DNA from: Longimicrobiales bacterium
GTDB lineage: Bacteria; Gemmatimonadota; Gemmatimonadetes; Longimicrobiales; Gaopeijiaceae
Direction of reading: 5' to 3'
Length of the DNA: 64,000 nucleotides
NCBI GenBank assembly: GCA_965238005.1
Contig: OZ250165.1
Span: forward strand, 4,224,001-4,288,000
This document shows positions 10,131-21,647 of this stretch, piece after piece. Each line of letters opens with the position of its first letter. The stretch's first letter is position 1. The position numbers were made by a program, and so were the translations under genes. The notes under the pieces are model-generated. The model made no database searches. It saw only the letters and a program-made list of their open reading frames with translations, and was not told where the DNA came from.

Positions 10131-11480
10131 ATGAGCAGTCAGAGTCGACGGAGTTTCCTCGGTCATGTGGCGGGAGGCGTGGTCGCCTCGGCTTCGGTCC
10201 CCTCACTTCTGCGGGGGGAGGAGCCCACCGGTCTGGTAGATTCTCTCCCCACCGATCTCTTCTCCTCGGAAGCTCGTCATCGGATGGATCGTCTGCGCAG
10301 AGCCGCCATGCGCCTCGGCCCCGGGGACGCGGCCGACGAGGACTTCTGGCGGTTGGTAAAGAACGCGTTCCCCCTTCGTGACGGTCTGATCATCATGAAC
10401 GCGGCCAACCTCTGCCCCTCGCCCATCTCCGTGCAGCAGCGGGTCTTCGAGCTCACCAGGGACGTGGATCGAGACGCGTCGTTCAACAACCGCGGGAAGT
10501 TCGGTCAGCTGCGAGAAGACGCGCGCACCGGCCTCGCCCGCTACCTGGGGGCCGACGCCGACGAGATCGCCATCGTCCGCAACACCAGCGCTGCGAACGC
10601 CACGGTCGTGAACGGGCAGGATTTCGGGTCCGGAGACGAGGTGGTGCTCTGGGATCAGAACCATCCGACGAACAGCACGGCATGGGACGTCCGCGCCGTG
10701 CGGTACGGCTATACCGTGAAACGGGTGAGCACGCCGCCCCAGCCCACGACCGCGCAGGAGCTCCTGGATCCGTTCCTGGCGGCCATGACCTCCCGCACGC
10801 GGTTGGTCTCCTTCAGCCACGCCTCCAACATCTCGGGCGTCATGCTTCCGGCCCGCGACATCGTGGCGGCGGCCCACTCCCGGGGCGCCCTGGCCATGGT
10901 CGACGGTGCCCAGACCTACGGATGCCTCGAGGTCGATCTCCACGATATCGGATGCGACTTCTATACGGGGAGCGCCCACAAGTGGTTCGTGGGGCCCAAG
11001 GAGGCGGGGGTTCTATACGTGCGCGGCGAGGTGCAGGCGGACCTGTGGGCCACCCACGTCGGGGTCGGGTGGGCCAACGCCGTCAAAGGTGGGGCTCGCA
11101 AGTTCGAGAATCTGGGCCAGCGTGACGATGCCGCAGTATCCGCCGTGGGCACCACCGTCGACTTCCACGAGACGGTAGGCACGGAGAGGGTCGAGGCCCG
11201 GGTGAGAGAGCTGGCTGCCGCACTCAAGGACGGCGTAGCCGATCGGCTTCCGGGGACTCGCTTCCACACGCCCCGAGATCCCGCGCTCAGCGCCGGCGTC
11301 GTGGTGTTCCTGCCGCCGGGCCTCAACCCCCAGGAAGCATTGAACACGCTCTACACCGACCACACCATCGCGGGTGCGCCCAGGGGTGGGGAGTTCACCG
11401 GAATCCGGCTCTGTCCCCACATCTACAACACGCTTGCGGACGTGGAGACGGTGGTGGACGCCATCGCGTCACTCGCCTGA
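10131..11480 (+). CDS. Tat-exported aminotransferase class V (isopenicillin-N epimerase-like PLP enzyme)
   Basis: SRRSFL Tat motif; DGAQ and SAHKW (PLP Lys); RBS GAGGAG before ATG 10131. Confidence 0.88.
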   Translation: MSSQSRRSFLGHVAGGVVASASVPSLLRGEEPTGLVDSLPTDLFSSEARHRMDRLRRAAMRLGPGDAADEDFWRLVKNAFPLRDGLIIMNAANLCPSPISVQQRVFELTRDVDRDASFNNRGKFGQLREDARTGLARYLGADADEIAIVRNTSAANATVVNGQDFGSGDEVVLWDQNHPTNSTAWDVRAVRYGYTVKRVSTPPQPTTAQELLDPFLAAMTSRTRLVSFSHASNISGVMLPARDIVAAAHSRGALAMVDGAQTYGCLEVDLHDIGCDFYTGSAHKWFVGPKEAGVLYVRGEVQADLWATHVGVGWANAVKGGARKFENLGQRDDAAVSAVGTTVDFHETVGTERVEARVRELAAALKDGVADRLPGTRFHTPRDPALSAGVVVFLPPGLNPQEALNTLYTDHTIAGAPRGGEFTGIRLCPHIYNTLADVETVVDAIASLA

Positions 11481-11485
11481 TCGGC

Positions 11486-11530
11486 GCCGGGCCAGGCGGC
11501 TTCCTCTTCCGGGGTCGCCGCTGGCCCGGC
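11486..11530. terminator. Hairpin between convergent genes (possible bidirectional terminator)
   Basis: GCCGGGCCAG...CTGGCCCGGC 10-bp stem with further inner pairing; no U-tract. Confidence 0.55.
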
Positions 11531-11537
11531 CCGCTCC

Positions 11538-13025
<1,488 letters not shown>

Positions 13026-13067
13026 GCTTCGATCCTCATCCATGAGAAGGCGAAAAAGACTCTCGTA

Positions 13068-14018
13068 TCAGTTGGTCCTCGTCGCCGAGGCGACGAAGAG
13101 CAGGGGGCCCGACGCCTCGGGCCGGGCCGAAATGGGCTGGTAGGTGAAACAGGAAAACCCGGCCTCCCGGCTCCATCCCACCAGCGTGGCCTCGTCGAAG
13201 CCGGGCCAAACGTGGCCCATGTCCTCGAGAAAAGCCTCCCGCGAGTGCAGCCTCATGTCCACCATCAGCAGTCGGCCGCCGGGTGTGAGGGCTCTGTATG
13301 CCTCCTTCAGCACCGCCACAGGCTCCACGACGTAGTGGAGCACCAGGAGCAGGACCGCCAGGTCTACCTCTCCGTCGGCCACGGGGAGGTCCTCCAGCTC
13401 GCCCCGCCGCAGCTCCACGTTCGGGAAGCTGTCCAACCGGTGCCGCGCGGCCTCGAGCATCTCCTCGGAGCCGTCCACGGCGATAACGCGCTCCACGAAC
13501 GGTGCCAGGCGCACGCTGAAGTGTCCCGTGCCGGCGCCCAGATCGGCCACGGCCCAGCACGGGTCCAGAAAACCGAAGAGCGGAAGCAGCTCCGAGTCGG
13601 CGCCGAAGAGGTCGTCCCGGAGGGAATCCCATCGGTGGGCCGAAGACGCGAAGAACTCCTTGGAGCGCTCACGTCGCTCGGCGAGCACCGCCCGGGCCCT
13701 CTCCACGTCCTCCTCGGTGTACCCGGCTGACACTACGTCGGGTCGAACCAGCTCCCACAGCTCGCGGGCGGCATCGTGCAGGTCCGGTGCCATTCGGTAG
13801 TGTCGGCTCGTCCCGCTGGATCTGGACGTGACCCATCCGTCGTCGGCCAGGACCTTGAGGTGACGGCTCACGGTCGACTGGGGAAGCTGGAATACCTTCA
13901 CCAGCTCCGAGACGGTGAAGTCACCCTGCTCCAGGAGCACCAGGATGCGGCTGCGCGCCAGATCGCCCAGCGCGCTCATTCGGTCGAAGACCCGGGGTTC
14001 CCTCAGTAGAATATCCAT
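13068..14018 (-). CDS. sahR: ArsR-HTH plus SAM-methyltransferase-fold regulator (SahR-like)
   Basis: HTH QSTVSRHLKVL; DLGAGTG; directly upstream of ahcY. Start could be 14018 or 13979. Confidence 0.85.
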   Translation of the reverse strand: MDILLREPRVFDRMSALGDLARSRILVLLEQGDFTVSELVKVFQLPQSTVSRHLKVLADDGWVTSRSSGTSRHYRMAPDLHDAARELWELVRPDVVSAGYTEEDVERARAVLAERRERSKEFFASSAHRWDSLRDDLFGADSELLPLFGFLDPCWAVADLGAGTGHFSVRLAPFVERVIAVDGSEEMLEAARHRLDSFPNVELRRGELEDLPVADGEVDLAVLLLVLHYVVEPVAVLKEAYRALTPGGRLLMVDMRLHSREAFLEDMGHVWPGFDEATLVGWSREAGFSCFTYQPISARPEASGPLLFVASATRTN

Positions 14019-14060
14019 AAATCCGGATATAATGATATAACCCGCCACCGAGGGGCGCAA
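14011..14060 (-). promoter_or_regulatory. Sigma70 promoter with a 20-bp palindromic SahR-type operator
   Basis: -35 TTGCGC (14060-14055), 17-bp spacer, -10 TATCAT (14037-14032); operator ATATCC-N8-GGATAT at 14011-14030. Confidence 0.75.
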
Positions 14061-14116
14061 GGTGGATCCGGTGAGGGTGCTGGTTGAATGAGGGGGACGG
14101 GCCGCGACCGCTCGCC

Positions 14117-15145
14117 TCAGAGGCTCGCGGTAACGGTCCCTCCCGGGGCGCGGCAGCGGAACGAGTTCAGGATGGTCTCGAGCTGCAGGATGTACTGGTA
14201 CTTGTCTCTGCCCGGTGCGTAGAGCCAGGCATCGACCAGGTAGTCCCGGCCCTGGTGCGGGCAGGGAATGGTCCGGGTGATCATGGGTCCGCCCGCCGGG
14301 AAAAGGTCTTCGGGAGGGTTGGCCCAGACGGCCCGGACCTCGTCCATGATGACGTCACCCTGCTGGAGTCGGCGCGTCTGAGCCAGCGAGAGGTCCAGAA
14401 CCTGGGGATATCCGAAGTGTCCGTCGGCCACCTCCTGGCGCCATGCCAGAAGCTCGTCTTCGGTAATGCCCTCAGGTGAATACGTCCGCCAGGTGACCGT
14501 GATTTGCCGGATGAGCTCGGACGGATCCGGATTGTCGTTACGGAACATGAACACCGAGTCCTCTTGCCTTCGCTTATACAGCTGGGGCAGCACGATGCTG
14601 AACTGGGCCAGATCCCAGAGGGAGTCGGCGAGTGCCTCGTTCTGGCCCGACATGAACATCCGGCTCCGCACCCACTCGCGATACTGCCCGTCCAGCAGGT
14701 CGTGGAGCTGCTCCATGAGCGGCTCGGCTCCTGCAGCGTCGCCGGACGTGAGCAGCAGGACGGTTGCGGTCTGACCTCGGGCCCACACGTCCTCCACCTG
14801 GAACATCTCCGGGGGATCGAACGAGGTGCGCTTCGTGAGAGCCAGCGCCTCGGTCATCCAGGGGTCGTCGGCCGTTCCGATGAGGAGGAGTTGCCGAAAG
14901 CGCTGCAGCCTCTCCCACTCGGGCCGGAAGGGATCCTGATGCGTGACCACGAAGGTCTTCTCGGGACGCACGGTCACGATCCGCGCCTCGAGGGTCGACT
15001 CCACCAGGTCCGAGACGGCTGCCCACTGCTCCTCCGACGTGGCGACGATGATGCTGCTCAGCTCCCCCCACGACCGGGGCTCCTCACACGCGGAGAGGAG
15101 GAATGTGAAGGTGCCTAGGAAGAGCAGAGTCGAGGTTTCGCGCAT
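14117..15145 (-). CDS. DUF4837-like lipoprotein
   Basis: Lipobox LSAC; DVWARGQ, GGP and YAPGRDKYQYILQLETIL motifs. Confidence 0.7.
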   Translation of the reverse strand: MRETSTLLFLGTFTFLLSACEEPRSWGELSSIIVATSEEQWAAVSDLVESTLEARIVTVRPEKTFVVTHQDPFRPEWERLQRFRQLLLIGTADDPWMTEALALTKRTSFDPPEMFQVEDVWARGQTATVLLLTSGDAAGAEPLMEQLHDLLDGQYREWVRSRMFMSGQNEALADSLWDLAQFSIVLPQLYKRRQEDSVFMFRNDNPDPSELIRQITVTWRTYSPEGITEDELLAWRQEVADGHFGYPQVLDLSLAQTRRLQQGDVIMDEVRAVWANPPEDLFPAGGPMITRTIPCPHQGRDYLVDAWLYAPGRDKYQYILQLETILNSFRCRAPGGTVTASL

Positions 15146-15310
15146 GGTCCGTGATCGGCAGAAGGAAGCAGGCACTCTCTCAGAGTACCGTGCCTGCCTC
15201 CCCTCCGTTCCCGCAGCCGGTGCCATGTTCGTTCCTCAGTCTACCGCCGCTGCACCCAGCAGCCCGATGACGAGCCCGAGCACGAACCGACCGCAACCGT
15301 CATCGGCGTG

Positions 15311-15460
15311 CTACCACGCGTAGTTGCCACCGCCACTGCCCGGCGTGCCCGGAAAATCGAAGGCGACGTCGTCGGTGAGCTCCGCGGGGAGCCCGGAGAG
15401 CCAGCTCGCGAGGTATCCGGACGCGCCGATGTATCCCTGACTCGACACGTTGTCTAGACG
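15311..15460 (-). pseudogene. Internal fragment of an M28-family peptidase
   Basis: NVSSQGYIGASGYLASWLSGLPAELTDDVAFDFPGTPGSGG then NYAW* resembles the GGGSD...YTWH region of M28 peptidases with an internal deletion (recognition from memory). Confidence 0.45.
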
Positions 15461-15614
15461 CCTAGAGTGCTCTACTCGCTCCAGCTTCGTCGTGGCCCTT
15501 AGTTCCCTGCTTGCGCCCTCTTCTCTGCTCACGCGAGATTGTGCGCGACCGACTCGGTCGTGCTCCGAGATCAAGTCGGACGACTCCGGAATCGACCCGA
15601 ACCGAGGTGACCCC

Positions 15615-18200
15615 ATGTCCTGTTCATCCATTTGGCGGGCTACCGCCAGGCTCCTCCGACTCGCAGCCGTCCCGGCTCTCAGTGTGGCGGCCTCGGCCGG
15701 CCTCGCGCCCCCGGCCGTGGCACAGGAAGGCCCACTGCCCAGCATCGAAGAAAAGACCCAGAACGCCGATCGCATGGAGGGGTTCTTCAACCTCTACTGG
15801 GAGGATTCCAGCGGGTCTCTGTACTGGGAGATCGACGAGCTGGGTACCGAGTTCCTCTATCAGATCTCCATGGGGTCGGGACTCGGGAGCAATCCGGTCG
15901 GCATCGACAGGGGTCAGCTCAGGGGCACACACATTCTGGAGCCGAGGCGCATCGGCCCCCGAGTGCTCCTCATGGAGCCCAACTACCGGTTCCGGGCACG
16001 CAGCGATAACCCGACCGAAGCTCAGGCGGTGCGAGATGCCTTCGCACCCTCGGTGCACTGGGGCTTCGACATCGTGGCCGAGACCGGGGCCCGTGTTCTG
16101 GTAGATGCGACGGAGTTCTTCCTTCGTGACGCCCGCGGCGTCGTGGAGCAGATCGCACAGCGGAACCAAGGTCGGTTCGAGCTCGACCGGTCCCGGAGCG
16201 CCATCCACTTGCCCGCGACTCGATCCTTTCCGGAGAACACCGAGGTCGAAGCCATCCTCACCTTCACGAGCGCCCAGCCCGGGGCGCTGGTCCAGGGTGT
16301 GGCGGCGACCGGCGGCGCCATAACGCTCCGTCAGCATCACTCCTTCATCCAGCTGCCCGATGACGGCTACCGGACCCGCACCGCAGACCCGAGGGTGGGG
16401 GTGAACGGCCCCACCGTGTACGACTACGCCACCGCCATCGACGAGGATACGCGCCAGAGATGGGTGGCGCGCCATCGCCTGGAGAAGCGTAATCCCGGGC
16501 CCGGGCCGTCCGAGCCCGTCGAGCCCATCGTCTACTACGTGGATCCGGGCACGCCCGAGCCTGTTCGCAGCGCGTTGATCGACGGGGCGAGCTGGTGGAG
16601 CGAGGCCTTCGAGGCCGCCGGCTTCATCGACGCCTTCCGGGTGGAGGTGCTGCCCCAGGGTGTCGATCCGCAGGACATCCGCTACAACATGATCCACTGG
16701 ACCCACCGCCGAACCCGTGGCTACTCCTACGGGAACACCGTGGCGGACCCGCGCACGGGTGAGATCGTGCGCGGTGTGGTGAACCTCGGAAGCCTTCGGC
16801 TGCGGCAGGACTACCTTCACGGGCAGGGTATGGTGGCCCCCTTCCCCGGTGGTATCTCTTCAGCGGACGGTGGCGGGTACTTCGATTTCGCTGGGCGCCA
16901 GGACAGCGGCGGCACCTACTACGGGGCGGGCGAATCGGCGGCGGCGCCGAACTTCGAGTACCTGGCTCAGGTGGTGGACGAATCGGAGGCGGTCGAGATG
17001 GCGCTGGCGCGGGTTCGTCAGCTCTCGGCCCATGAGGTCGGCCATACGCTCGGATTCCCTCACAACTACATGGCGAGCACCTACGGACGGGAGAGCGTGA
17101 TGGACTATCCCGCGCCGCTGGTCGAGATCGATGACGATGGGAACCTCGATCTGTCCAACGCCTACGTGCAGCGGATCGGAGCGTACGACAAGCTCTCCGT
17201 GAACTGGCTCTACCGTGAATTTCCGCCCGGGACGGATGAAGCCAATGCGCTCACCCGGATCGCTCAGCAGGGGGTCGAGGACGGCCTCATCTACATGGGG
17301 CACACGAACAACAACTTCATCGGGGCAGGCCACCAGTATGCCAGCGTCTGGGACAACGGCGCCAACCTCGTCGACCACCTCAAGCTCGAGATCCGCGTGC
17401 GCGAGATCGGACTCGAACGGTTCGGGGCGGATGCGATTCGGACGGGCGAGCCACTGTCGAATCTGGAGTACGTGTTGCTCCCTCTGTACATGCATCACCG
17501 CTTTCAGCTGCGCTCGGCGGCCCAGAGCCTCGGGGGTGCCGACTACCGGAATGCAGTGAAGGGAGACGGCCAGACCCCCTTCACCATCGTCCCCGGAGAG
17601 GAGCAGCGAGACGCCCTGGAGACCATCCTGTCCACCCTTACGGTCGACTTCCTGGCGCTCTCCGAGGACATCGTGTCCATGATCCCGCCACCGGCCTACC
17701 GATATGGTGAAGGCGAGGCCTTTCCCGGCAATACGGAGCTCCTGTTCGATCCCCTGGCAGCCGCTGAAGCCGCGGCCAACTTCTCGGTGGGGGAGATCCT
17801 CCACCCGCAGCGGATGGCCCGGCTGGTGGTCTTCGGGAGCATGGGGGACTACCCCGACCTGGAGGAGGTCGCGGATCGGCTGATTGAGGCCACTTGGGAC
17901 GCGCCCCCGGCCGGGGACGAGTACCGGCAGCGCGTCCTCGATGGCGTTCAGCGCTCGGTGGCCGATCGGATGATGCGGCAGGCGAGCAGTGCCGGTAACC
18001 CTGCCGAGGTCTGTGCGGTCCTGTCCGATCGTCTCGATAGGCTCGCGGCGCGCATCGAGAGCACCTCGGCACCGTCACCGCACCAGCGACTCGTGGCCGC
18101 GGACATTCGGCGCTGGCAGGCGCGCATCGAGAACACCGTGCCCGGCCCGCAACTGCAGATGCCCGCCGGCGATCCGATCGGGGGAAGCAACCGGAACTGA
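15615..18200 (+). CDS. Secreted zinc-dependent metalloprotease (DUF5117/DUF4953 type)
   Basis: HEVGHTLGFPHN metzincin motif, SVMDY Met-turn, DPRTGEI; signal peptide. Confidence 0.9.
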   Translation: MSCSSIWRATARLLRLAAVPALSVAASAGLAPPAVAQEGPLPSIEEKTQNADRMEGFFNLYWEDSSGSLYWEIDELGTEFLYQISMGSGLGSNPVGIDRGQLRGTHILEPRRIGPRVLLMEPNYRFRARSDNPTEAQAVRDAFAPSVHWGFDIVAETGARVLVDATEFFLRDARGVVEQIAQRNQGRFELDRSRSAIHLPATRSFPENTEVEAILTFTSAQPGALVQGVAATGGAITLRQHHSFIQLPDDGYRTRTADPRVGVNGPTVYDYATAIDEDTRQRWVARHRLEKRNPGPGPSEPVEPIVYYVDPGTPEPVRSALIDGASWWSEAFEAAGFIDAFRVEVLPQGVDPQDIRYNMIHWTHRRTRGYSYGNTVADPRTGEIVRGVVNLGSLRLRQDYLHGQGMVAPFPGGISSADGGGYFDFAGRQDSGGTYYGAGESAAAPNFEYLAQVVDESEAVEMALARVRQLSAHEVGHTLGFPHNYMASTYGRESVMDYPAPLVEIDDDGNLDLSNAYVQRIGAYDKLSVNWLYREFPPGTDEANALTRIAQQGVEDGLIYMGHTNNNFIGAGHQYASVWDNGANLVDHLKLEIRVREIGLERFGADAIRTGEPLSNLEYVLLPLYMHHRFQLRSAAQSLGGADYRNAVKGDGQTPFTIVPGEEQRDALETILSTLTVDFLALSEDIVSMIPPPAYRYGEGEAFPGNTELLFDPLAAAEAAANFSVGEILHPQRMARLVVFGSMGDYPDLEEVADRLIEATWDAPPAGDEYRQRVLDGVQRSVADRMMRQASSAGNPAEVCAVLSDRLDRLAARIESTSAPSPHQRLVAADIRRWQARIENTVPGPQLQMPAGDPIGGSNRN

Positions 18201-18228
18201 AGGCACCGGAAACTGAGGTGAGGCCGGG

Positions 18229-18465
18229 CCCTACTCGCTCCTCGACGACGTGGCCGCGCCCCCCTTTAGTGAGCTGGTAGAACTTGGCGCGCCGTCCCGT
18301 CTCGGTGCGGCCCCACATGGCGTCAAGCAGACCGCGCGCTTGCAGCCGGTGGAGGGCGGGATAGAGGGCACCTTCCTCGACACGCGATACGCCCTGGCTG
18401 CTCTCCCGGATGACGCGGCCGATGGCATAGCCGTGCATGGGGTCATCCCGAAGGGTCTTCAACAG
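18229..18465 (-). pseudogene. Truncated PadR-family regulator (acidobacterial type)
   Basis: LLKTL...PMHGYAI...VEEGALYPALHRL...RRAKFYQLT; the N-terminus and C-terminal helix are missing. Confidence 0.75.
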
Positions 18466-18468
18466 CCC

Positions 18469-19935
18469 TCAAACGAAGTAGTCGGAAACCTTGATGAGGT
18501 ACTTGTCGGGATCCGTGACCTTGATGATGGATCTGCTGAATGATCCGTCCGCTTCGGTATCGGCGAGGTCCACCAGGGGCGGTTCATCGAGCCAGACGCC
18601 GTCGGCATCGCAGATGAGGCGTACGATGGGGCGGTGCACATGGGCGGCATCTGAGTTCGCTGCGTGCACGATGGCGAGCTCATGGGTATCGAGGATCACG
18701 CAGGTGCCTACAGGATAGATGCCCAGGAGGTTGATGAGGGCCTTTACGAGCACCGGGTCGTGCTCGTGGTTCGGATCGTCCCAGAGCTCTCGCAGGACGA
18801 CATCCGGCGACTTGGCGGCGGAATAGCTCCTGGTGCTGGTGGCAGCATCGAAGGCTGCTGCCGCTCCGACGATCTTCGCGAACATGGATGGTTTCCGGCG
18901 TCGTATGACCTTGGGGTATCCAGACAGATCGACCTTCATGTGGTGCTCGTATGCGGTGATCATGCCTCGGAAAGGGATGTCTCCGTAGTCCCGGAAGCGG
19001 TACACGCTGAGGGCTCCGAGCCACGTGTGGGCCTGCATCTTCGCGTGCTCCGCCTCCGTGAGCTCACCCTCCTTGGACACGATCTCCAAGGGGACACGGC
19101 TCTTCCCCACGTCATGCAGCAGGGCAGCCATTCCAAGATCGAAGAGCCTTGACTTGCTCAGGCCGAGCCGCCTGCCGATGGCGACGCTGAAGATGCAGAC
19201 GTTGACTGTATGGGCGAACGTATATCGGTCGTAGTCGTTGAGCGTCGTCAGCCCAACCGACGTGACCTCGTTGTTGAGCACCTGGTCGACGATGCTCCGT
19301 ACCGCATGCTTCATCTGCTTCAGGTGGACGCTCCGCCCCAACCTGGTGCTGCCGTATAGCTCCTTCGTGACCGCTACGGACTGCTCATAGGTCTGCTTGG
19401 CGACACGCTTGCGCTCCAGCTCGCCGGCGAATCTCGCTTCCCCTTCCATGGGCGATCCGACCTCGATGCTGGAGACGCCGCGATCACGGATGACCTGCCG
19501 GAACTCGTCGATGCCGTTCTCGCTGGGCTCACCGGCCGGGAACTTCAGGAGCTGGGAGACGAACGTCTTCCACTCACGGCTGCTGGCCGGCTTTTCCATC
19601 CGGATCCAGCCGATTCCGGCGTTCGAGAGCGTGCTGATCACATGTCCGAACGAGGCGAAGTTGTCGAGATCCAGGCGAAGCTGGCTCGAGTTCACGTAGA
19701 GTAGCTGGCCGCTGATTCGGGCCTCGAGCCCTCGCTCCTTGTCAAGAATCTCGCCAGCCACCGACGTTACGTCCTCTAGGGCCTGCCTGACTTCCGCATT
19801 CTCGATTGGATACGCCTTGACGGTTCTGAGGGCCTCGTAGAAGGCGAGCAGGAAGTTGCCACCCAGATCCTGCTTCGGGTCGTCCGCAGGGGGTCCCGTA
19901 CCGCCGCCGTCGGATCCGCCCGTCGGTGCCATCAT
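18469..19935 (-). CDS. HD-GYP domain protein
   Basis: HTVNV, LHDVGK, EHH...SGYP and GIYPVGT motifs. Confidence 0.88.
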   Translation of the reverse strand: MMAPTGGSDGGGTGPPADDPKQDLGGNFLLAFYEALRTVKAYPIENAEVRQALEDVTSVAGEILDKERGLEARISGQLLYVNSSQLRLDLDNFASFGHVISTLSNAGIGWIRMEKPASSREWKTFVSQLLKFPAGEPSENGIDEFRQVIRDRGVSSIEVGSPMEGEARFAGELERKRVAKQTYEQSVAVTKELYGSTRLGRSVHLKQMKHAVRSIVDQVLNNEVTSVGLTTLNDYDRYTFAHTVNVCIFSVAIGRRLGLSKSRLFDLGMAALLHDVGKSRVPLEIVSKEGELTEAEHAKMQAHTWLGALSVYRFRDYGDIPFRGMITAYEHHMKVDLSGYPKVIRRRKPSMFAKIVGAAAAFDAATSTRSYSAAKSPDVVLRELWDDPNHEHDPVLVKALINLLGIYPVGTCVILDTHELAIVHAANSDAAHVHRPIVRLICDADGVWLDEPPLVDLADTEADGSFSRSIIKVTDPDKYLIKVSDYFV

Positions 19936-21617
19936 GGACCGACCTGTTGCAGGGCGCGGGCTGACGCGGTCCTGACGATCGGATCGCGATCTTTGACCGC
20001 CTTGCGTAGGAGTTCGCGTGAGGACCGGCTCGCCACTCGTCCGAGCGCCATGGCCGCGCAGGCTCGGGTATCGGGGTCCGCACGGCCGAGCCCAAACCCC
20101 TTGCCGAGAAGGAGTGTCTTGAGATTGTCCACGGCCTCCTCTCCCCCGATGGTTCCGTAGGCTTCGAAGAACGCTCGCCTCTCGGTCAGGTCCCCCTCCC
20201 GCATCTCGTCTCCCAGTACTGCCTGCTGGATGATCCGCAGGGCACCCTGGTAGCGCTTGGCCGACAGCGCCTTGACGGCCGCGATCCGGACATCCGGATC
20301 CGCGTCAACCAGAAGGGTCACCAGGGCCTTCATCGTACGAGACGTCGGCACGCTGGCCAGGGCCGCAACGAGTTCGATTCGAACACCGATGTCAGGGTGC
20401 TCCAGTAGCGGTTCCAGCTCGCCCTGGAGCTGTCGCAGCTCGCGCTCCTGAACCAGGCGTAGGGCCGCCAGAACCACGACCCGCTCCTGTGATTCCAGAG
20501 CGGCCCCCAACGCCTTGGGCTGAGTCTCGGCCATCCGTCCCGCGGCCATGTGCAGAATCCGCCGGGCGTGATCGTTCGAAAGCCTGTGAATCCACTTCAG
20601 GACTGTCACGAGGGCATCCGGCGTCAACTGCTTGAACAGCTCTTCGAGATCCTCCTCCGACGGCTGGACGCGGGCTTCGTCCAGGGCGTGGAGGAGTTGG
20701 GCCACCACCTCGGGTCTCGACAAGGCATGGGTGAGCTCCTGGAGGAGCTCGCGATGCTCGGGGAAGAGCGCCTGGTCCCTCCCGAGCACAATGCGCGTCT
20801 CGGAGATGAGATACGCCACGGATCCGAAGTCCCCGGAGGTGAGCAGGTTGGGCAGGAGATCGGCGAGAACTTCAATAACCTCCGACCGAACCTCGGTGTC
20901 CGTCTGCAGCTCGAAGGTGTCGAAGAGGAGCGACAGGACGCTGCGACCCAGATCCTGATCATACTCCCTTTCGATCTCCGCGCGCAGGTAGCTGAGCTCA
21001 CGGTCATCGAGGAAATAGAGGGTCGACTCGTACTCTTCCAGGTTGACGACGCCCTCAGGCATGAGCCCGGCCCGCTCGGGCTCCTCCACGGGCGCCCGGA
21101 CATCCTCATCCACCTGTTCGCGAACTTCCTGTGCTGTCCGCGGTTGGGGGACGGCCTCTCTTCTGAACTCGATCTCTTCGCCGACGTCCTCCGTCTCCGC
21201 CGCCTTGTAACGGATGTGCTGAAGGTCTGCCGTCCAGAGGAAGGCCAGGAGGTCATCGTCGTCCTCGTCGGTCAGCGTTTGTGCCCAACTGATGGCCCGC
21301 AAGAGGCTCGCGATCTCTTTCTGCTCCGCCCCCGGAGAGAACGAAACAAAGCGGATGCCAGCCCCGAAAAGAGCCCCTGCCAGACTCTCGGACCCCTCGT
21401 CGACCGCAAGAACCGTCTCGGCTTCCCACTCGAGCCCTTCCTCGGAGACGGTCATTGGTAGTCCTGGCAGCCGGCTCCAGATGTCGGTGAAGGCCGCTTG
21501 GATCTCCTCATCCGCCTGCTCCTGAATGGGATGATCCGCGCCGTACGTGGAAAGGGTCCGGAGGCGCTTCTCCATGAGGAGAAGGAGATTGTGGATTCGC
21601 GTGCCTTCGGTGGTCAT
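19932..21617 (-). CDS. HEAT-repeat protein
   Basis: Repeats such as HPDIGVRIEL, DPDVRIAAVKAL and DPIVRTASARAL; overlaps the HD-GYP start. Confidence 0.85.
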   Translation of the reverse strand: MTTEGTRIHNLLLLMEKRLRTLSTYGADHPIQEQADEEIQAAFTDIWSRLPGLPMTVSEEGLEWEAETVLAVDEGSESLAGALFGAGIRFVSFSPGAEQKEIASLLRAISWAQTLTDEDDDDLLAFLWTADLQHIRYKAAETEDVGEEIEFRREAVPQPRTAQEVREQVDEDVRAPVEEPERAGLMPEGVVNLEEYESTLYFLDDRELSYLRAEIEREYDQDLGRSVLSLLFDTFELQTDTEVRSEVIEVLADLLPNLLTSGDFGSVAYLISETRIVLGRDQALFPEHRELLQELTHALSRPEVVAQLLHALDEARVQPSEEDLEELFKQLTPDALVTVLKWIHRLSNDHARRILHMAAGRMAETQPKALGAALESQERVVVLAALRLVQERELRQLQGELEPLLEHPDIGVRIELVAALASVPTSRTMKALVTLLVDADPDVRIAAVKALSAKRYQGALRIIQQAVLGDEMREGDLTERRAFFEAYGTIGGEEAVDNLKTLLLGKGFGLGRADPDTRACAAMALGRVASRSSRELLRKAVKDRDPIVRTASARALQQVGP

Positions 21618-21647
21618 CGTTAGGCTGAGCGGTTCAGGGACCGAGGG

